DNA of 64,000 nucleotides from Trichinella spiralis (Eukaryota): NCBI RefSeq assembly GCF_000181795.1, contig NW_003526940.1, positions 823,570 to 887,569 of the forward strand, read 5' to 3'. Shown piece by piece: positions 1 to 13,065 of this stretch (position 1 is its first letter; each line of letters starts with the position of its first letter). The notes under the pieces were generated by a model. It saw only the letters and a program-made list of their open reading frames with translations, ran no database searches and was not told where the DNA came from. The position numbers and the translations under genes were made by a program.

Positions 1-395
1 AATTAACAAGAGAAATTTTACTTCATCAAATATAACTGCTGCATTTTAGCAATAATTGTTTTTTTGATAACGTGCTCATTAAATTGTATAAGCTGTGAAA
101 ATTTTGAATTGAACAGTACTGCTTTTAAGTTTTATTATGAAATTTTCAAATTTTCCGATTACAAATCAAAATAACTAGAACTTATTTGAATTCGCAATAA
201 ATAAAGCCATGATTTAATAGCAATAAAAATTTTACAGCTTTGCATGTATATTGTTGGAAATTTTGAGATACTGTAAATTAAACAGCCATTAAATTCAAAT
301 TCAAATTAAATCGGCACATTATTATATCAAGCATTTCATTTTCAAAAATAAATAATTTAACTGGTTTATTTCTTTAACCAACAAAGTGCATTAAT

Positions 396-1678
396 TCAAT
401 GTTTATGAAAAATACGCATGAAAAGCACCATTGCAAAGAAAATAAAAATCATCATAACAACAGATACAGCAAACCACCAATCGCAATATTTGGAACTATG
501 CTGTCGAAGTTCTTTACCTTTATCAGTAAGATTGGAAGAATTTTTATCTGTCAGTGTGCATGCCTCCTTAATAGTCTAAAAATCATCAGTTATTAAATAT
601 TTGCAATAAAAAGAAATTAAATATTGAAATACGAAAAACAAAAAAAGGTAAACTGTACAAATTAAATTTAAAAACTGCTTTAAGCAAATGACAATTTAAT
701 TCTGTTAAACAGTGCTATAATGAGTTTCATTATTCTTCTATGATAAAAGAAAACTTCGTTTATAACTTCATTTTCAAATGAACAATAATAATAATAATGC
801 AAAACATTCTACTCAAACATACAAGTCATAGCTGAATATAAATAAGCAAACAAACCATATTATCTTTGCGGACTATATCTCCATAGGAAATAACGTTTTC
901 CTTTAAATTCTTTGATAACTTTGATAATTGCTGAATAATTTTATCCTGAAGTTCATCTTCCAACATGCGATCAAATTCCTCATTCTCACAATATTCATCT
1001 AACAGAAAAAAAGTGAATTATTGATAATTTATTCCTTGTACAAAGTGGAATAAATAATTTACCATCGAGCTTAACGTTTAGCAATTGAGAACGTATTTTT
1101 CTTGCTTGGTTTTCCACTGATAAAACTTTCAATTCTTTCAAAGTTACGCGCTTATCTTCCAATGGGACGGTTCGTTTAATAGTTTTGGATGGAAAATCAT
1201 CCCTGTCCGAAAGACCTTGAGTAATTAGCTTCTGCTTGTCAAGCTCATTTACTTCACCAATTTTCATTAACTGCAGCAGAAATTGAACGTCACGCTCATA
1301 TGCCATTACAACAGATTTATCAACAACTCTGAAATATTATCTGTTTAGAAGTGTAAAAAATTACAAAAATCTTACTTTCCATATTCCAGGTAAAAATCAA
1401 AGAATAATTTTTCTGCAAATTTGACGTACTAAAATAAAATTACTCTTGTAATAATTCACTAATCAATGAACATCAAATTTTTTAAAGTATACAACTGAAA
1501 AACAGCATTACATATATATATTTATATATTTGAAAGTAATCATTTATGATTAAATATCTATATTAATACATACAGCCTTGAAATGACAAAAGTCCACATT
1601 TTTAATATCAGCTGCCATTTCCTTGCACCTCACCAAAAAGTTGCGCAGTCTCAACTCCGGCCGAGACAAATGACTCAT
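396..1678 (-). CDS. USE1: Vesicle transport protein USE1 (ER SNARE), 5 exons: 1678-1574, 1428-1376, 1328-1063, 998-856, 575-396
   Basis: Spliced GT-AG translation MSHLSRPELRLRNFLVRCKEMAAD...YVKFAEKL...AYERDVQFL...KIRSQLL...ELQDKIIQQLSKLSKNLKENVISYGDIVRKDNM-TIKEACTLTDKNSSNL...RQHSSKYCDWWFAVSVVMMIFIFFAMVLFMRIFHKH*. It is colinear with the USE1 N-terminus (SRLELNLVRLLSRCEAMAA), SNARE coil and C-terminal TM anchor. Confidence 0.9.
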
Positions 1679-2223
1679 TTCAAATAAATTAAAATAAAAA
1701 GTAAATCAAAATCATGAAAAATGTGAGTATTTATTATCAAAAATTCGGATTGGTGACAGTTTGAATAATATGAAAATCAAGTAATTGTATATTAAGTCAA
1801 ACATACATGATATCAGAATGAGCTGTCTGTTAATAAATACTTTTAAAATAAGAGATATAATAATTTATTTAAGAAATATAATCAAACTAAAGAAAAATAA
1901 TATATAATGAACATCCAAGTTTTATGAAATAAACGAAGCAGCAATTTTTTGTTTTTGCTAGTTTTTAGTCAAAATTAAAAATATAATTTTATTGAAAAAT
2001 AATATAACTTTACATCTATAATATGAAAAAATGTTTCCGTATCAAATAAAACTTTCAGAACTCATTTTAATTTTTGCATTTTCTCTGCAACAGAACTACA
2101 GTAGGCAATAGCAAATTTATTTACTGGAGTGATATATTTATTTTTTATAACCAATTTACAATATTTTTTGATATTAAAAATTTTTTTAATTACTACAATA
2201 AAATTTTATGCTAAATACTATAT

Positions 2224-2790
2224 TGTAAATTCTATTACAATCTGATATTCAAGTTTTTCCCGCATACACGATGTGGCGGGTGATTTGAACTGAATGTTGC
2301 TCGTCTCGTTAAAGCAAGCTAATGCTCTTTGAACAATAGCAAAACGAAATACTGAGTATGGAATCTTATTTCAACGATGGAAGTCAATAGAGAATAGACA
2401 ACAATGCAAGCAAATCGACAGTTCAGATAATAATACACAACTCTAACGTTCGTCGTAACTCTGCATAACGCTGCTCAATAATCACCACACGTCTCGCTCA
2501 ATAATCATTTCTTTTCTATTTTCCTCGCATTTATAGTGCTCAGAAAATTCAACACCACGGTCTCTGTTGGTCAAAAATTCATTTCTATTATTCTTCTGTC
2601 AACTGTCATGAATGTGACTGATTCGGCATCGCGGCACCAACTTATATATCACTTACACATGTTCCCGGTCAAATTTCAAGTTTAATGGATAAAAATGAAG
2701 CAAACAACGCTTGTTTACTTCATCAGAAACGATGTAAACATGACACATAGTGACAGTAACACGATTAGTTAAAAACAGAACGGAATTTCC
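2224..2790 (-). mobile_element. Solo LTR of the BEL/Pao family found at 36869-39144
   Basis: Near-identical, same-orientation copy of 38515-~39120, which abuts a PBS and gag. No internal sequence is adjacent here. The right boundary and TSD were not resolved. Confidence 0.75.
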
Positions 2791-2982
2791 ATTCTAGAAT
2801 AAAAGTTTTATTTCTAAAACAATCTTAGCAATTAAAATATGTCGTGCTTCGCAATGTGATTCTGATTAAACGAAAAAATTTTAATTATTCAAAGTGATTT
2901 TAATAGGCAAATTATATTTTCCAGCGTGAACCGGTTGGGTAATTTTCTTTTGTATGCACCATAATCTAGCTTTGATTTAGAT

Positions 2983-4650
2983 CATCGTTTCTCAAACGGG
3001 GTTCTGCAAAATATTGTCACAACTGCAAATTTTCTGACGATAATTCCAGGCATTTTGCACACTACTAACGATGTGCACGCAGGGTCAACGTATCTACTAA
3101 TAATTTTCACCATTGTGAGCATTTGGTGGAAACTGATGTTTACCTGAGTTCTATTTGTTTTTACTGTAGCTTTCAGTTTTTACTCGTTTTGTTGCTCTCT
3201 CTGTTTTTCTCTTATTTAATCGAACATTAATTGTTTATTTTGTTTTTAATGCCCCAAATGTGGGAGTTTTTGAATAGGTTGCATCCATGCAGTTCTGACT
3301 TGACTAGTGACAAGAAATCACAGTCATATGAAAGATAAAAATGCTGCTTATTCTGAGAGGCTACTAGAATCTGAAAGTAAGCAGAGTTCATCATTTGTGA
3401 ATATTTGAAACGTGACTGAAAAGGCTCAAGAAGCGAGTTATTTGATATTTGCGGAATTGATCACGCAGAAAAGAAAAAGTCACACAATTGCTGAGAACCT
3501 AATAATGCCAGCATGCAAAATTATAGCAGGCAAAATGTTGGGACACGATGGAGCACGGAAAATTGAAAATATTCCATTTTCAAGCAGTACGATAAGTCGC
3601 TTAATTTAATTAATGAATAGCGACGTGTTAATGAAATGTCACATAACTGTGAAGGACTTATGTAATCTACTAAGAAATAGTTTTTCTTCTATTCAAGTTG
3701 ATGAGTCAACAGATTTCACCAACAAATGTCACGCAATTGGTTTTTGTAAGATTTATCAACGAATGTGAAATTCAAGAAATCTTTTTCTGTTGCAAGGAAC
3801 TGCCTGAGATGAGCAAAGGAAAAGATGTATTTAATGTTTTGTCCTTACATCTGGAAACAAAAGACCTTTCCTGGAAGAACTGTGTTGGCATCTGTACTGA
3901 TGGTGCCTTGTCAATGGTTGGCTCCACGAGAGGTTTTGTGTCTCTAGTTAAGCAAGAAAATCCTGACATTGTATCAACACACTATTTTCTTCATAGAGAA
4001 GTGCTGATTTCAAAATCTCTTGAAGGTAAATTGAAAAAAGTTTTTGACGATGTTATAAAAATGATCAGCTTCATCAAACAAAGCCTGTTCACTCCAAAAT
4101 GTTCAAAAAGCCATGTGAAAGCCTGGATAAAGAACACGTAAATTTCTTGTTGTATACAGAAATTCAGTGGCTAAGCAGAGGAAGAGTTCTAAACAGGGTG
4201 TTTTAGCTCAATGAATTGCAGATATATTTTGAACAAAACGATAAGCCAAATTTTTCCAAGTGCTTTGAACACAAAGAATGGTTGCAGAGTCTCCCTTACT
4301 TAGCAGACATTTTTGGTCACATGAATCTACTGAATAAGAAACTGCAAGGTTCCAATGAAAACATATTGACTTCAAGTGACAAGATTCTTCGATTTAAAAA
4401 AGGTTGAATCTTTGGAATGATCCGTGGCAGAAGGAAATATTGAAATGTTTCAACCACTGTCGGGGCTGAAGAGTAGCGAGGGATATGAGAAAACTTCAAG
4501 CCTTACTTCAACCCATTTGGAAAATCTGCTGGTCAAACTAGAAGATTATTTTCCATCCCTTTCAATTGAAGAATATGACTGGGTGAGGGATCCATATTCT
4601 TAATCTTCGATTTACCCAAAAAATTTGATTTCAGTAGAAGAGGATGAACT
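2983..4650 (+). mobile_element. Degenerate hAT (Buster/Charlie/ZBED8-like) DNA transposon, transposase pseudogene
   Basis: TIR-like CATCGTTTCTCAAAC at 2983, preceded by ATTTAGAT (NNNTANNN). Frameshifted or stop-interrupted motifs HTIAENLI, QVDESTD, GICTDGA, HYFLHRE, TEIQWLS, LADIF. The 3' end was not found. Confidence 0.85.
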
Positions 4651-5432
4651 TTTGCTTTCCGTTTTCTTTTGATCTTCAAGTTCCAGACTGATTACTATAC
4701 AAGTGAGCAGTTTTATCTATTTGTAGAAAAATAAGCGATGAAAGCTAGCGTTAACAACAGCTGCCAGTTGACGATGCTATAGTTGATGCGCAAATAATCA
4801 TCACTAATCAAAATCCAGTCTGAGTGAAACTTTTACAGTTCAGCGTCAATGTTGCTCCTCTTACATTTCAGAAAGCAATTGACAAAGCTGCTGTTGGTAT
4901 TCCCGGACTGTATCCGCATTCGAGGATATTCTTTTAACAACGTCTGATGAAGAAAAACTAGCTCATATTCAGATAAACAAATGCATTTGATGCTTCTGTC
5001 AGTTAGAGAAGAAGGCCATTTTTAACTGTTAATTAAATGAATTGAGAGAAAAGTGAACTCCACAGCAGAACACCTGTAGTCACATATAAGTTGACACTAA
5101 AAATCAAGTGAAGAAAAAAGTACACGTTTTTCAATAAGCTAAAAATTAAAATGAAATTGTTAGAATCACTGCGAATTTAATAAAAGATTTTAATATATTT
5201 AAATCTTAATAAAAATATTTGATTATTTGGTAAAAATAATAATGTGCTAAATTAAATTAAAAAGAAGTGCTGTTATAAACACATTACTATCAATGCTTGG
5301 TAAAAAATAAATAAACAGAACTTCATGAATAAATAAATTAAGAACAGATTTTAAATATTAATCAACTTCAAATAAACAATATTTCCATGCATAATCATTG
5401 CGCATTTTGTTCATGCAATGACACAGAAAAAG

Positions 5433-7337
5433 ATGCTAAGCTACGTTAAGCTGCATATATATTTTATTTTAATAGCTATTTCACAGTCACAAAATCCCAA
5501 ATGCAGGCAAGCAGACGGTGCAGGAGATGTAGACTGGTTGGTTATTAAAAATTATTCACAAAATAAAATACGACACTATTGTTTTGCAGTTAGATGATAG
5601 TATTTTAGGGCAATATTATACAAAGCTCCTGGCCAAGCTTCAGGCAAAATCATCGTATCAACGAACGCTGGCGCATGGGCGAATGGAGCCGCAGTCCTTA
5701 CACAACAAGGTGGACAATCGTTTGGAGTCACACTAGAACATGTTGTAGGGAATAACGATAACATAAAATTCCTTGCATACAACAATGTTCCACCAGGCAT
5801 GCCCAACGTAAAAACAAAGTCAAATAGCAAAGGTATGAAAATGAATCTCCAAACTTTCAATATCAAGTTGTCCAACCATTTCAAGGAGTGATAATTCTGC
5901 AAACACCTGTTAATACTGATGCCGCTTCATGGATTGTCCATACTGTACCTGGATTTCCAGCTGCAAAAACGGGCTACAGCTGGCCAGTAGCTGAAAATGC
6001 TAACGGACATTTATTAATTTGTTTGACCATTTCAAAAAGCCAAATAAATGCCATAGGTTTGATTGACTTTTATTCAAATTGTTAACACTGAATGTTATAA
6101 ACACTTAATTTATATTTTAAAACATTCATTTCAAATGCACGTAAAATTATGCATTATAGTATTATTACGCACTATCTTCCAAGAGTGAAATTGAAATTTT
6201 CAAATGTAATCATTTAATGGATCATTATCATATGTAATATAAATAAAAGATTTAGTTAACGGCACCTTATAAAGAGGAACAACATTGTACTGATACGTTG
6301 AATTTGTATCTGATGGTACTTTTTGTTTAGCTGCATCATTGCTTCATGCTGAGCCTTTAGTACATTATAATGATATTCCTGAAACTGAAACCGTAGGAAT
6401 GCAATATTTCAAAAAATTATCAGATGGACAGTTTCCAACAGTTCCTCCATATTTGTCAAGACAATCGATTAAAACAGCAGGACAGCCTGCGGTAACTGTA
6501 AATGTTTACAGTAAGTCAGCAACATCTAGATATGGTAAGTAGTGTCAAAAAAGCAGTATGAAAATTTTATTTTTAATATATCAGGTAATCATGAATAAAA
6601 ATGCATATTCAAAAAGAACAGTAAACGTTTGAAAAATAAAAATATTTGAATAATGTAAATTGAACTTTATAAATTAATAAAACGCATATATATAAATTAA
6701 ATATTATCTTTACTATGAGCATGTGATGATTGATTTATCAAATGTGCAAATAAAAAGATAGAGGAATACTTTTCAAGTTTCTGTAATACTGACAATGCGC
6801 CTTCGCATTCAGTGAAGCTTGAAAATAAAATTTTGTCCTTCTACACTTTAAAATATTAAGGAATATGTTATGATATTTTACATTTGTTTTATCAATATGA
6901 AATATGTAGCAAGTAAATTATTCCACATCAGAACAAATAAAATTAAATTTTTAGAAATATACAGGAGAGTGATCGTAAAAGCTCTTAAAAAAACGATAAA
7001 AGTGTGGTCAAGAAGAGACAATAAACTGAAAGGAGACTGTAGAGTAGTGGAAAGAAATATTCGTTTAATTAAAAGCCCTGCTCCAGTTGGCGATCACAAC
7101 ACTAATCTTGATGCTGATTTGACGAATTGGGCTGTTTCTGATCCTGGAAATATATTTTGCTTCATTGATAGGCCATATGCTGTAAATTGATGGAAAAATT
7201 TTCAATAATTGAATTGCTAATTTTTTTCAATTTAGAAAAGCCAAACTGTCCAATCTGCGATGGCAGTTTGTATTGATCAAGCTGCTATTTTTGCGAAATT
7301 TAATGACATTGCTGCTCAAGTTGAAAACTGCCTGTAG
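5433..7337 (+). CDS. DNase II / plancitoxin-1-like secreted protein, copy 1; exons 5433-5536, 5609-5832, 5886-6056, 6331-6534, 6955-7181, 7236-7337 (alternative in-frame ATG 5418)
   Basis: Signal-peptide-like N-terminus and DNase II motifs VDWAILYKAP, FLAYNN, WIVHTVPGFP, LICLT, NWAVS, AVCI. Intact frame across GT-AG introns. Confidence 0.9.
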
Positions 7338-8333
7338 TGAAAACATCCATGAAATGATATATCAGATATATTTAAATTTTGTTTATTGGTTGAACTTAAA
7401 GCTGCAGCGTTTCATATGAAATGTTATCTTTGTTGATTTGTTTGTGAACTGTTGCACATATAAGCATATCTTATGCATAATATAATTTACCTGAAGTGGA
7501 ATTTTTTCAATTGTGTTTCCATTTCTATGCGGCTGGTATATTGATTCCTCAGTTTAATGGCAGTTTCTATACTTTTTTTCTATGCTAATCTTTTTTTATT
7601 TTTCACAAAATATCATGTTGCAGATAATTCTTTAATTATTTCAAGTTATTCTTATTTAGTATTTTGCTTAATTTATTTGAGCAAATTTGTGAAACCTCAG
7701 AAACTGTACACTGTGATGTAAATGTTATATAATTTGATCCTTTTTAATGTTTTTCAGTTAAAGTAGTGCATTTTAAATATTTATTTTAATAAATCTGATT
7801 TTCAAGCTGTAATGTTACCAAATGGCTTCAATTCCATAAATCGTTGTCTTTATTTAATTTTACTTTACATTTGTCTTGCATCTACCTGCCAACATTATTA
7901 ACAAATAGTTTCATAATTAAATTTGCAACAGTTAAAAAGGGTAGTAAAGTAATAAATGTAGGACTGATTTTTGTAATTTTATAGATTTGCTACACACAAT
8001 ATGAATACGCATTTAGAAATAAATTTTAAACAGTATATTACTTTCCGTGTCCTAGTGTTGGTAATAACTTGATGACATATTTACAACAATAGTTTGAAAT
8101 AGTCATTTGCATTGATAGCAAAAGTGAAGTTAAGTTCATAATTTAATGATCACCTTAGTAATTTATTTGTTTGTTATAAAAAAATTTTTCAACTTTTTAA
8201 ATAATTTTTATTTTATAACGTTGAAGATATTTTTATCATTTTCATAATTAGGTTTCCATCTGGCACATTAAAGTTAACATTTATGAACTGCAGATTTGTA
8301 TTTATTCAAATAAACATGAAAATTTCAATTATG

Positions 8334-8676
8334 TGTCGACTCGCTTGTCCTGCCTGCTCGTCCATCACTGCTCGTTTTCACGTCTTGATGCGCGTTCTCT
8401 AGGCATGTTTGTATGCAGATAAAAACGCTGAAGAGATAATACGGCTCTGTTAAAGTTTAACAAATAGTACAAAACACAAGCGGGCACAACACACTGACTC
8501 TCTCATGTCTGAAACTTATTGCAAGCAGATAATGTAGTTCGTGTTGTTTTATACCGGTCGCTAACCGTAGCTGCCAGCATCATCGTAAATTCAACCTAAT
8601 TATTTTATGAATATTATGCAATTACTCATCATTTATCAGCAATGTAAAATTCTCATCTCCATTCAAATTATCGACA
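8334..8676 (-). mobile_element. Probable solo LTR
   Basis: Ends TGTCGA...TCGACA, higher GC than the flanks and a TATAAAA on the minus strand. No matching TSD. Confidence 0.4.
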
Positions 8677-10047
8677 CTTTCTAATTAATTGAAATATCGC
8701 AATTTATAAAATTTGATTTTCTGTATCTGAAATACAGTAAGATCAGGTTAACACTATTAACGCGACAAACAATTTTCATGGAATGAAAATTTACATGTGT
8801 AATAGCATTATGTTGTTAACGGGAATTTCATTTTAGTTTGAACAGTTTTTTTTCCAAAAGCATTATTGTTTGTATTAGCTAAAATGCTCTGCATAACACG
8901 AACTTGAAAACCAAGCGATTTGTTCAAGCGCAACTTGATCTACTGCAATCTGTCTTCGATTCACTTGCTTAAGCTGAAAATTTTGTTGAGAACATAAAAT
9001 TCAGTAATACCAGTAATCTTGAATTTTACAGAAAAACAATAATGATAACCAATAAACATGTAAAATAATGTCTAGCGCGTTTACAAAAATAATTTTCAAC
9101 TTCAAGTATGGAAAAATTATTTGTTGATATGTTTTCTGCACATTTATAGCTCGCTCCTTTAATATGAGCAGTCATTTGGTACAAAATTACAAGCAAATAC
9201 CTGACATTTCATTAACCTCAGTCCATTGTACGTGAAAAAAAATGAATATATAATTTGACATTGCTCCATTATTGCCCACTAAATTCACGTTATTCATTTA
9301 TATTATTCATTTGAAACAATAAAAGCTTAGCAAGGTTTTATTCATATCATGACAATAAAAAAGCTATAATATTCAAAATAAAAATATTATTTAATAAAAA
9401 TTATCAGTACGACAGAAACAGCTTTGGAAAGATCCATTGCCATATGCCACGCTATTCAATACTGCCGAATTACAGTTGAGCAACAGCTCAACTTCACATT
9501 TATAGAGTAGAACAATAAAGAGATTTTTCAAATAAGCAAAAAAAAACATTTAAAAATTGAAAAATAACCATTTATAAGAAAAAGTAGTATTGATTTAGAA
9601 AAAAATAAAAGAGTATTATTGGCAACATCTACTGAAAATTTTCAAAACAACTTTCCATTTAAATAGTATAATAAATTATTAATGGATCATAAGATATCAA
9701 ATTAAAATAAAATAATTTTAAATAATTCCAAAACATTATGCGTTGCAGAATATTTTGTGACAAGAACATGAACAAGAAAGATCAGCACAGCGAGAAAAGT
9801 GCAGAAATAACAAATTAAAATCTCATCTTACCATTCAAGAAGTAAAAAAGAAAACTTTTATGCACATAATAAACATTTTCTAAAATATTTTCACGAATTC
9901 TAAATTGCACATAATATAACATAAGATGTACCATTGTATGCAAACAAAACAATTAAGATAGGATTACATATTATATGCAACTATTTTTAGTTTAATCAAT
10001 AAATAAAATTTAAATAAGTCTGATATGTCATTTACAAAATATTTTCA

Positions 10048-11918
10048 CTACGGGCAGTTTTCAACTTGAGCAGCAATGTCATTAAATCTGGCGAAAATAT
10101 CAGCTTGATCAATACAAACTGCCATCGCAGATTGGACGGTTTGGTTTTTCTAAATTAAAAATAAATTATCATTTCAACTATTAAAATTTTTTTAAAATGT
10201 ATTTACAGCATATGGCCTATCAATGAGGCAGAATATATTTCCAGGATCAGAAACAGCCCAGTTTGTCAAATCAGCATCAAGATTAGTGTTGTGATTGCCA
10301 ACTGGAGCAGGGCTTTTGATTAAACGAATATTTCTTTCCACTACTCTACAGTCGCCTTTGAGTTTATTGTCTCTTCTTGACCACACTTTTATCGTTTTTT
10401 TAAGAGCTTTCACGATCACTCTCTTGTATATTTCTAAAAATTTTATTTTATTTGTTCTGAAGTAGAATAATTTACTTGCTACATATTTCATATTGATAAA
10501 TCACATGTAAAATACCATAACATGTTTCTTAATATATTAAAGTGCAGAAGTTCAAAATTTTATTTTCAAGCTTCACTGAATGCAAAGGCGCATTGTCAAT
10601 ATTACAGAAACTTGAAAAATATTCCTTTATCTTTTAATTTGCACATTTGATAAATCAATAATCATATATTCATAGTAAATATAATATTTTATTAATACAT
10701 ATGCATTTATTAATTTGTAAATTTCAGTTTATATCATTCAAATATTTTGGTTTTTCAAATTTGTATCTTCTTTTTTGAATATACATTTTCATTCATAATT
10801 ACATAAAGTATTAAAAATAAAATTTTCATACTGTTGTTTGCCACTACTTACCATATCTAGATGTTGCTGACTTGCTGTAAACGTTTACAGTTACCGCAGC
10901 CTGTGCTGCTGTTTTAATCGATTGCCTTGACAAATATGGAGGAACTGTTGGAAACTGTCCATCTGATAATTTTTTGAAATATTGCATTCCTACGGTTTCA
11001 GTTTCGGGAATATCATTATAATGTACTAAAGGCTCAGCACGAAGCAATGATGCAGCTAAACAGAAAATACCATCAGATACGAATTCAGTGTATCAGTACA
11101 ATCTTGTTTCTCTTTAAAGTGCCGTTAACTAAATATTTTATTTATATTACATATGATAATGGTCCATTAAGTGATTGCACTTGAAAATTATAATTTCACT
11201 CTTGGTAAAAGGTGCTAATTTTACGTGGAGTTGAAATGAATGTTTTACAAATATGAATTAAGTGTTAACAATTTGAATGAACGTCAATCAAACCTATGGC
11301 ATTTATTTGGCTTTCTGAAATGGTCAAACAAATTAATAAATGTCCGTTAGCATTTTCAGCTACTGGCCAGCTGTAGCCCGTTTTTGCAGCTGGAAATCCA
11401 GGTACAGTATGGACAATCCATGAAGCGGCATCAGTACCAGGAGTTGTTTGTACAATTATCACTCCTTAAAATGGATGGACAGTTTGATATTGAAAGTTTT
11501 AAGATTCACTTTCATACCCTTGCTATTTGACTTTGTTTTTACGTTGGGCATTAATGGTGGAACATTGTTGTATGCAAGAAATTTTATGTTATCGTTATTC
11601 CCTACTACATGTTCTAGAGTGCCTCCAAACGACTGTTGGTCGCGTTGTGTTAGGTCCGCGTTTCCATCCACCCATGCACCGGCGCTATCTGAAACGATAA
11701 TTTTACCTCTGATTTGTCCTGGAGCTTTGTATAATATCGCCCTGAAAGCACCCTAATGTGATGGCAATTCAATAATGCTGTAATTTCTTTTTCAAATGAA
11801 TCTTCGTAACTGACCAATCTACATTTGCACCGCCATTATTAGCTCGGCATTTAGGATTTTGTGATTGTGCAAAGGTTATTAAAATAAAATATACGGGTAG
11901 CTGAACGTATTTCAGCAT
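10048..11918 (-). CDS. DNase II / plancitoxin-1-like secreted protein, copy 2 (same 6-exon structure)
   Basis: ATG at 11918 (MLKYVQLPVYFILITFAQSQNPKCR). Exons are homologous to copy 1; TAG at 10050-10048. Confidence 0.9.
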
Positions 11919-12362
11919 TCGCTTTTCTCTTTGGATGATATAAACGCATTATGATCATGAATTCAACGATTCTGACAAATATTTGCAATCTGTCTTTGAT
12001 TTATTTATTAGACAGGGTTTGTTTATTTGCAATTAATGGTGATGATTGGCAGTGCCCATTTTTAGTGATCCTTGCTTCCAGTATTTATTATAATTGTTAT
12101 ATCAACACCTATATGAATGCATAATTTTTCCATTAAACATGAATATCTCAATTAATACATAAAAATGTGCAATGAATATTTTGTCAGATGAAGAGGAAAG
12201 AAATGGAATGAAATAGAAAATTCATAAGTGGTTACCTGAAATTGATTAAATATTGTCGTTCTCTGAACTTTGTTTTGCCATATGGCAACAACGGTTGTTA
12301 ATGGAATAACTTATACAGTAACTTCAATTTTTCAAGTCTGGTCACTTGTTTAATTATTAAAG

Positions 12363-13065
12363 CAGTGATTCTTAAAATTTTCTGGGCTGCGACCCACTTT
12401 TGAAAACGGTAATTTTTAGCTACCCACCTGCTTGCAACGCATATTTTAAAAGGCAAGAGTGGTTAAATAAAAAAATATTAGTTTAATACTTTAAATTTTT
12501 TAATGAATACGCCTAATTATAATGTATAAGTTTATTTGTCAAATGCATAATGAGGTGCATGCGAACAGTGGGCTTGTTTTCTGTTCTGACTGATGACTTC
12601 GACGTTCACACTATCACATGTTAGTTTTAGTCCCAAGATGTTGGATAATTGTAGCTTATTTCTAAATTTGCTTTTAATTCCATTCATTGCTGAAAATCCA
12701 ATTTCGCGCAAGTAGAAAGTAGTGAAAGGAAGCAGCACTTTTAATGCTGTGGTGGAAATAGTTGGATATGTGTTTTAAACTGATAGCCAAAACTATGTTA
12801 ATATTTTATGTTCAAAACTTACTTTAAACGAAGATTCTTCAAACAAATTGATTAATTCTCCATCTGCTTTTGTGGACATGCTGGTACGGACAACATCTGC
12901 GTGCTGTGAGAAGCCGAACAGAAATAGTGATTCTCAGGTCATCAGTAACTGAATCATTGCTTAGTTGTCCACCCAACAATTTTCGAGGAGTAAAAATCTC
13001 CTAACAAAAATGAAGACTACTCCCGTAGACCCACCCAAAAACTGCTCGCGACCCACTGGTGGCAC
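12363..13065 (-). mobile_element. Internally deleted hAT (Buster/Charlie) remnant with C-terminal dimerization-domain coding fragment
   Basis: TIR-like CAGTGATTCTTAAA after TATTAAAG and subterminal GCGACCCAC motifs at both ends. ORF LLPFTTFYLREIGFSAMNGIKSKFRNKL matches the hAT C-terminal domain. Confidence 0.75.

Noticed and set aside
5576..5902. Repeated antisense ORFs (also 11448-11756, 20087-20377, 60283-60618)
   Set aside because: They are shadows of DNase II exon 2; their similarity follows from the sense gene.
6723..6792. C-box/D-box-like words (GTGATGA...CTGA) and a small hairpin in DNase II intron 4
   Set aside because: The boxes are mutated in copies 2 and 4, no rRNA guide was recognized, and the whole intron is similar among paralogs anyway.
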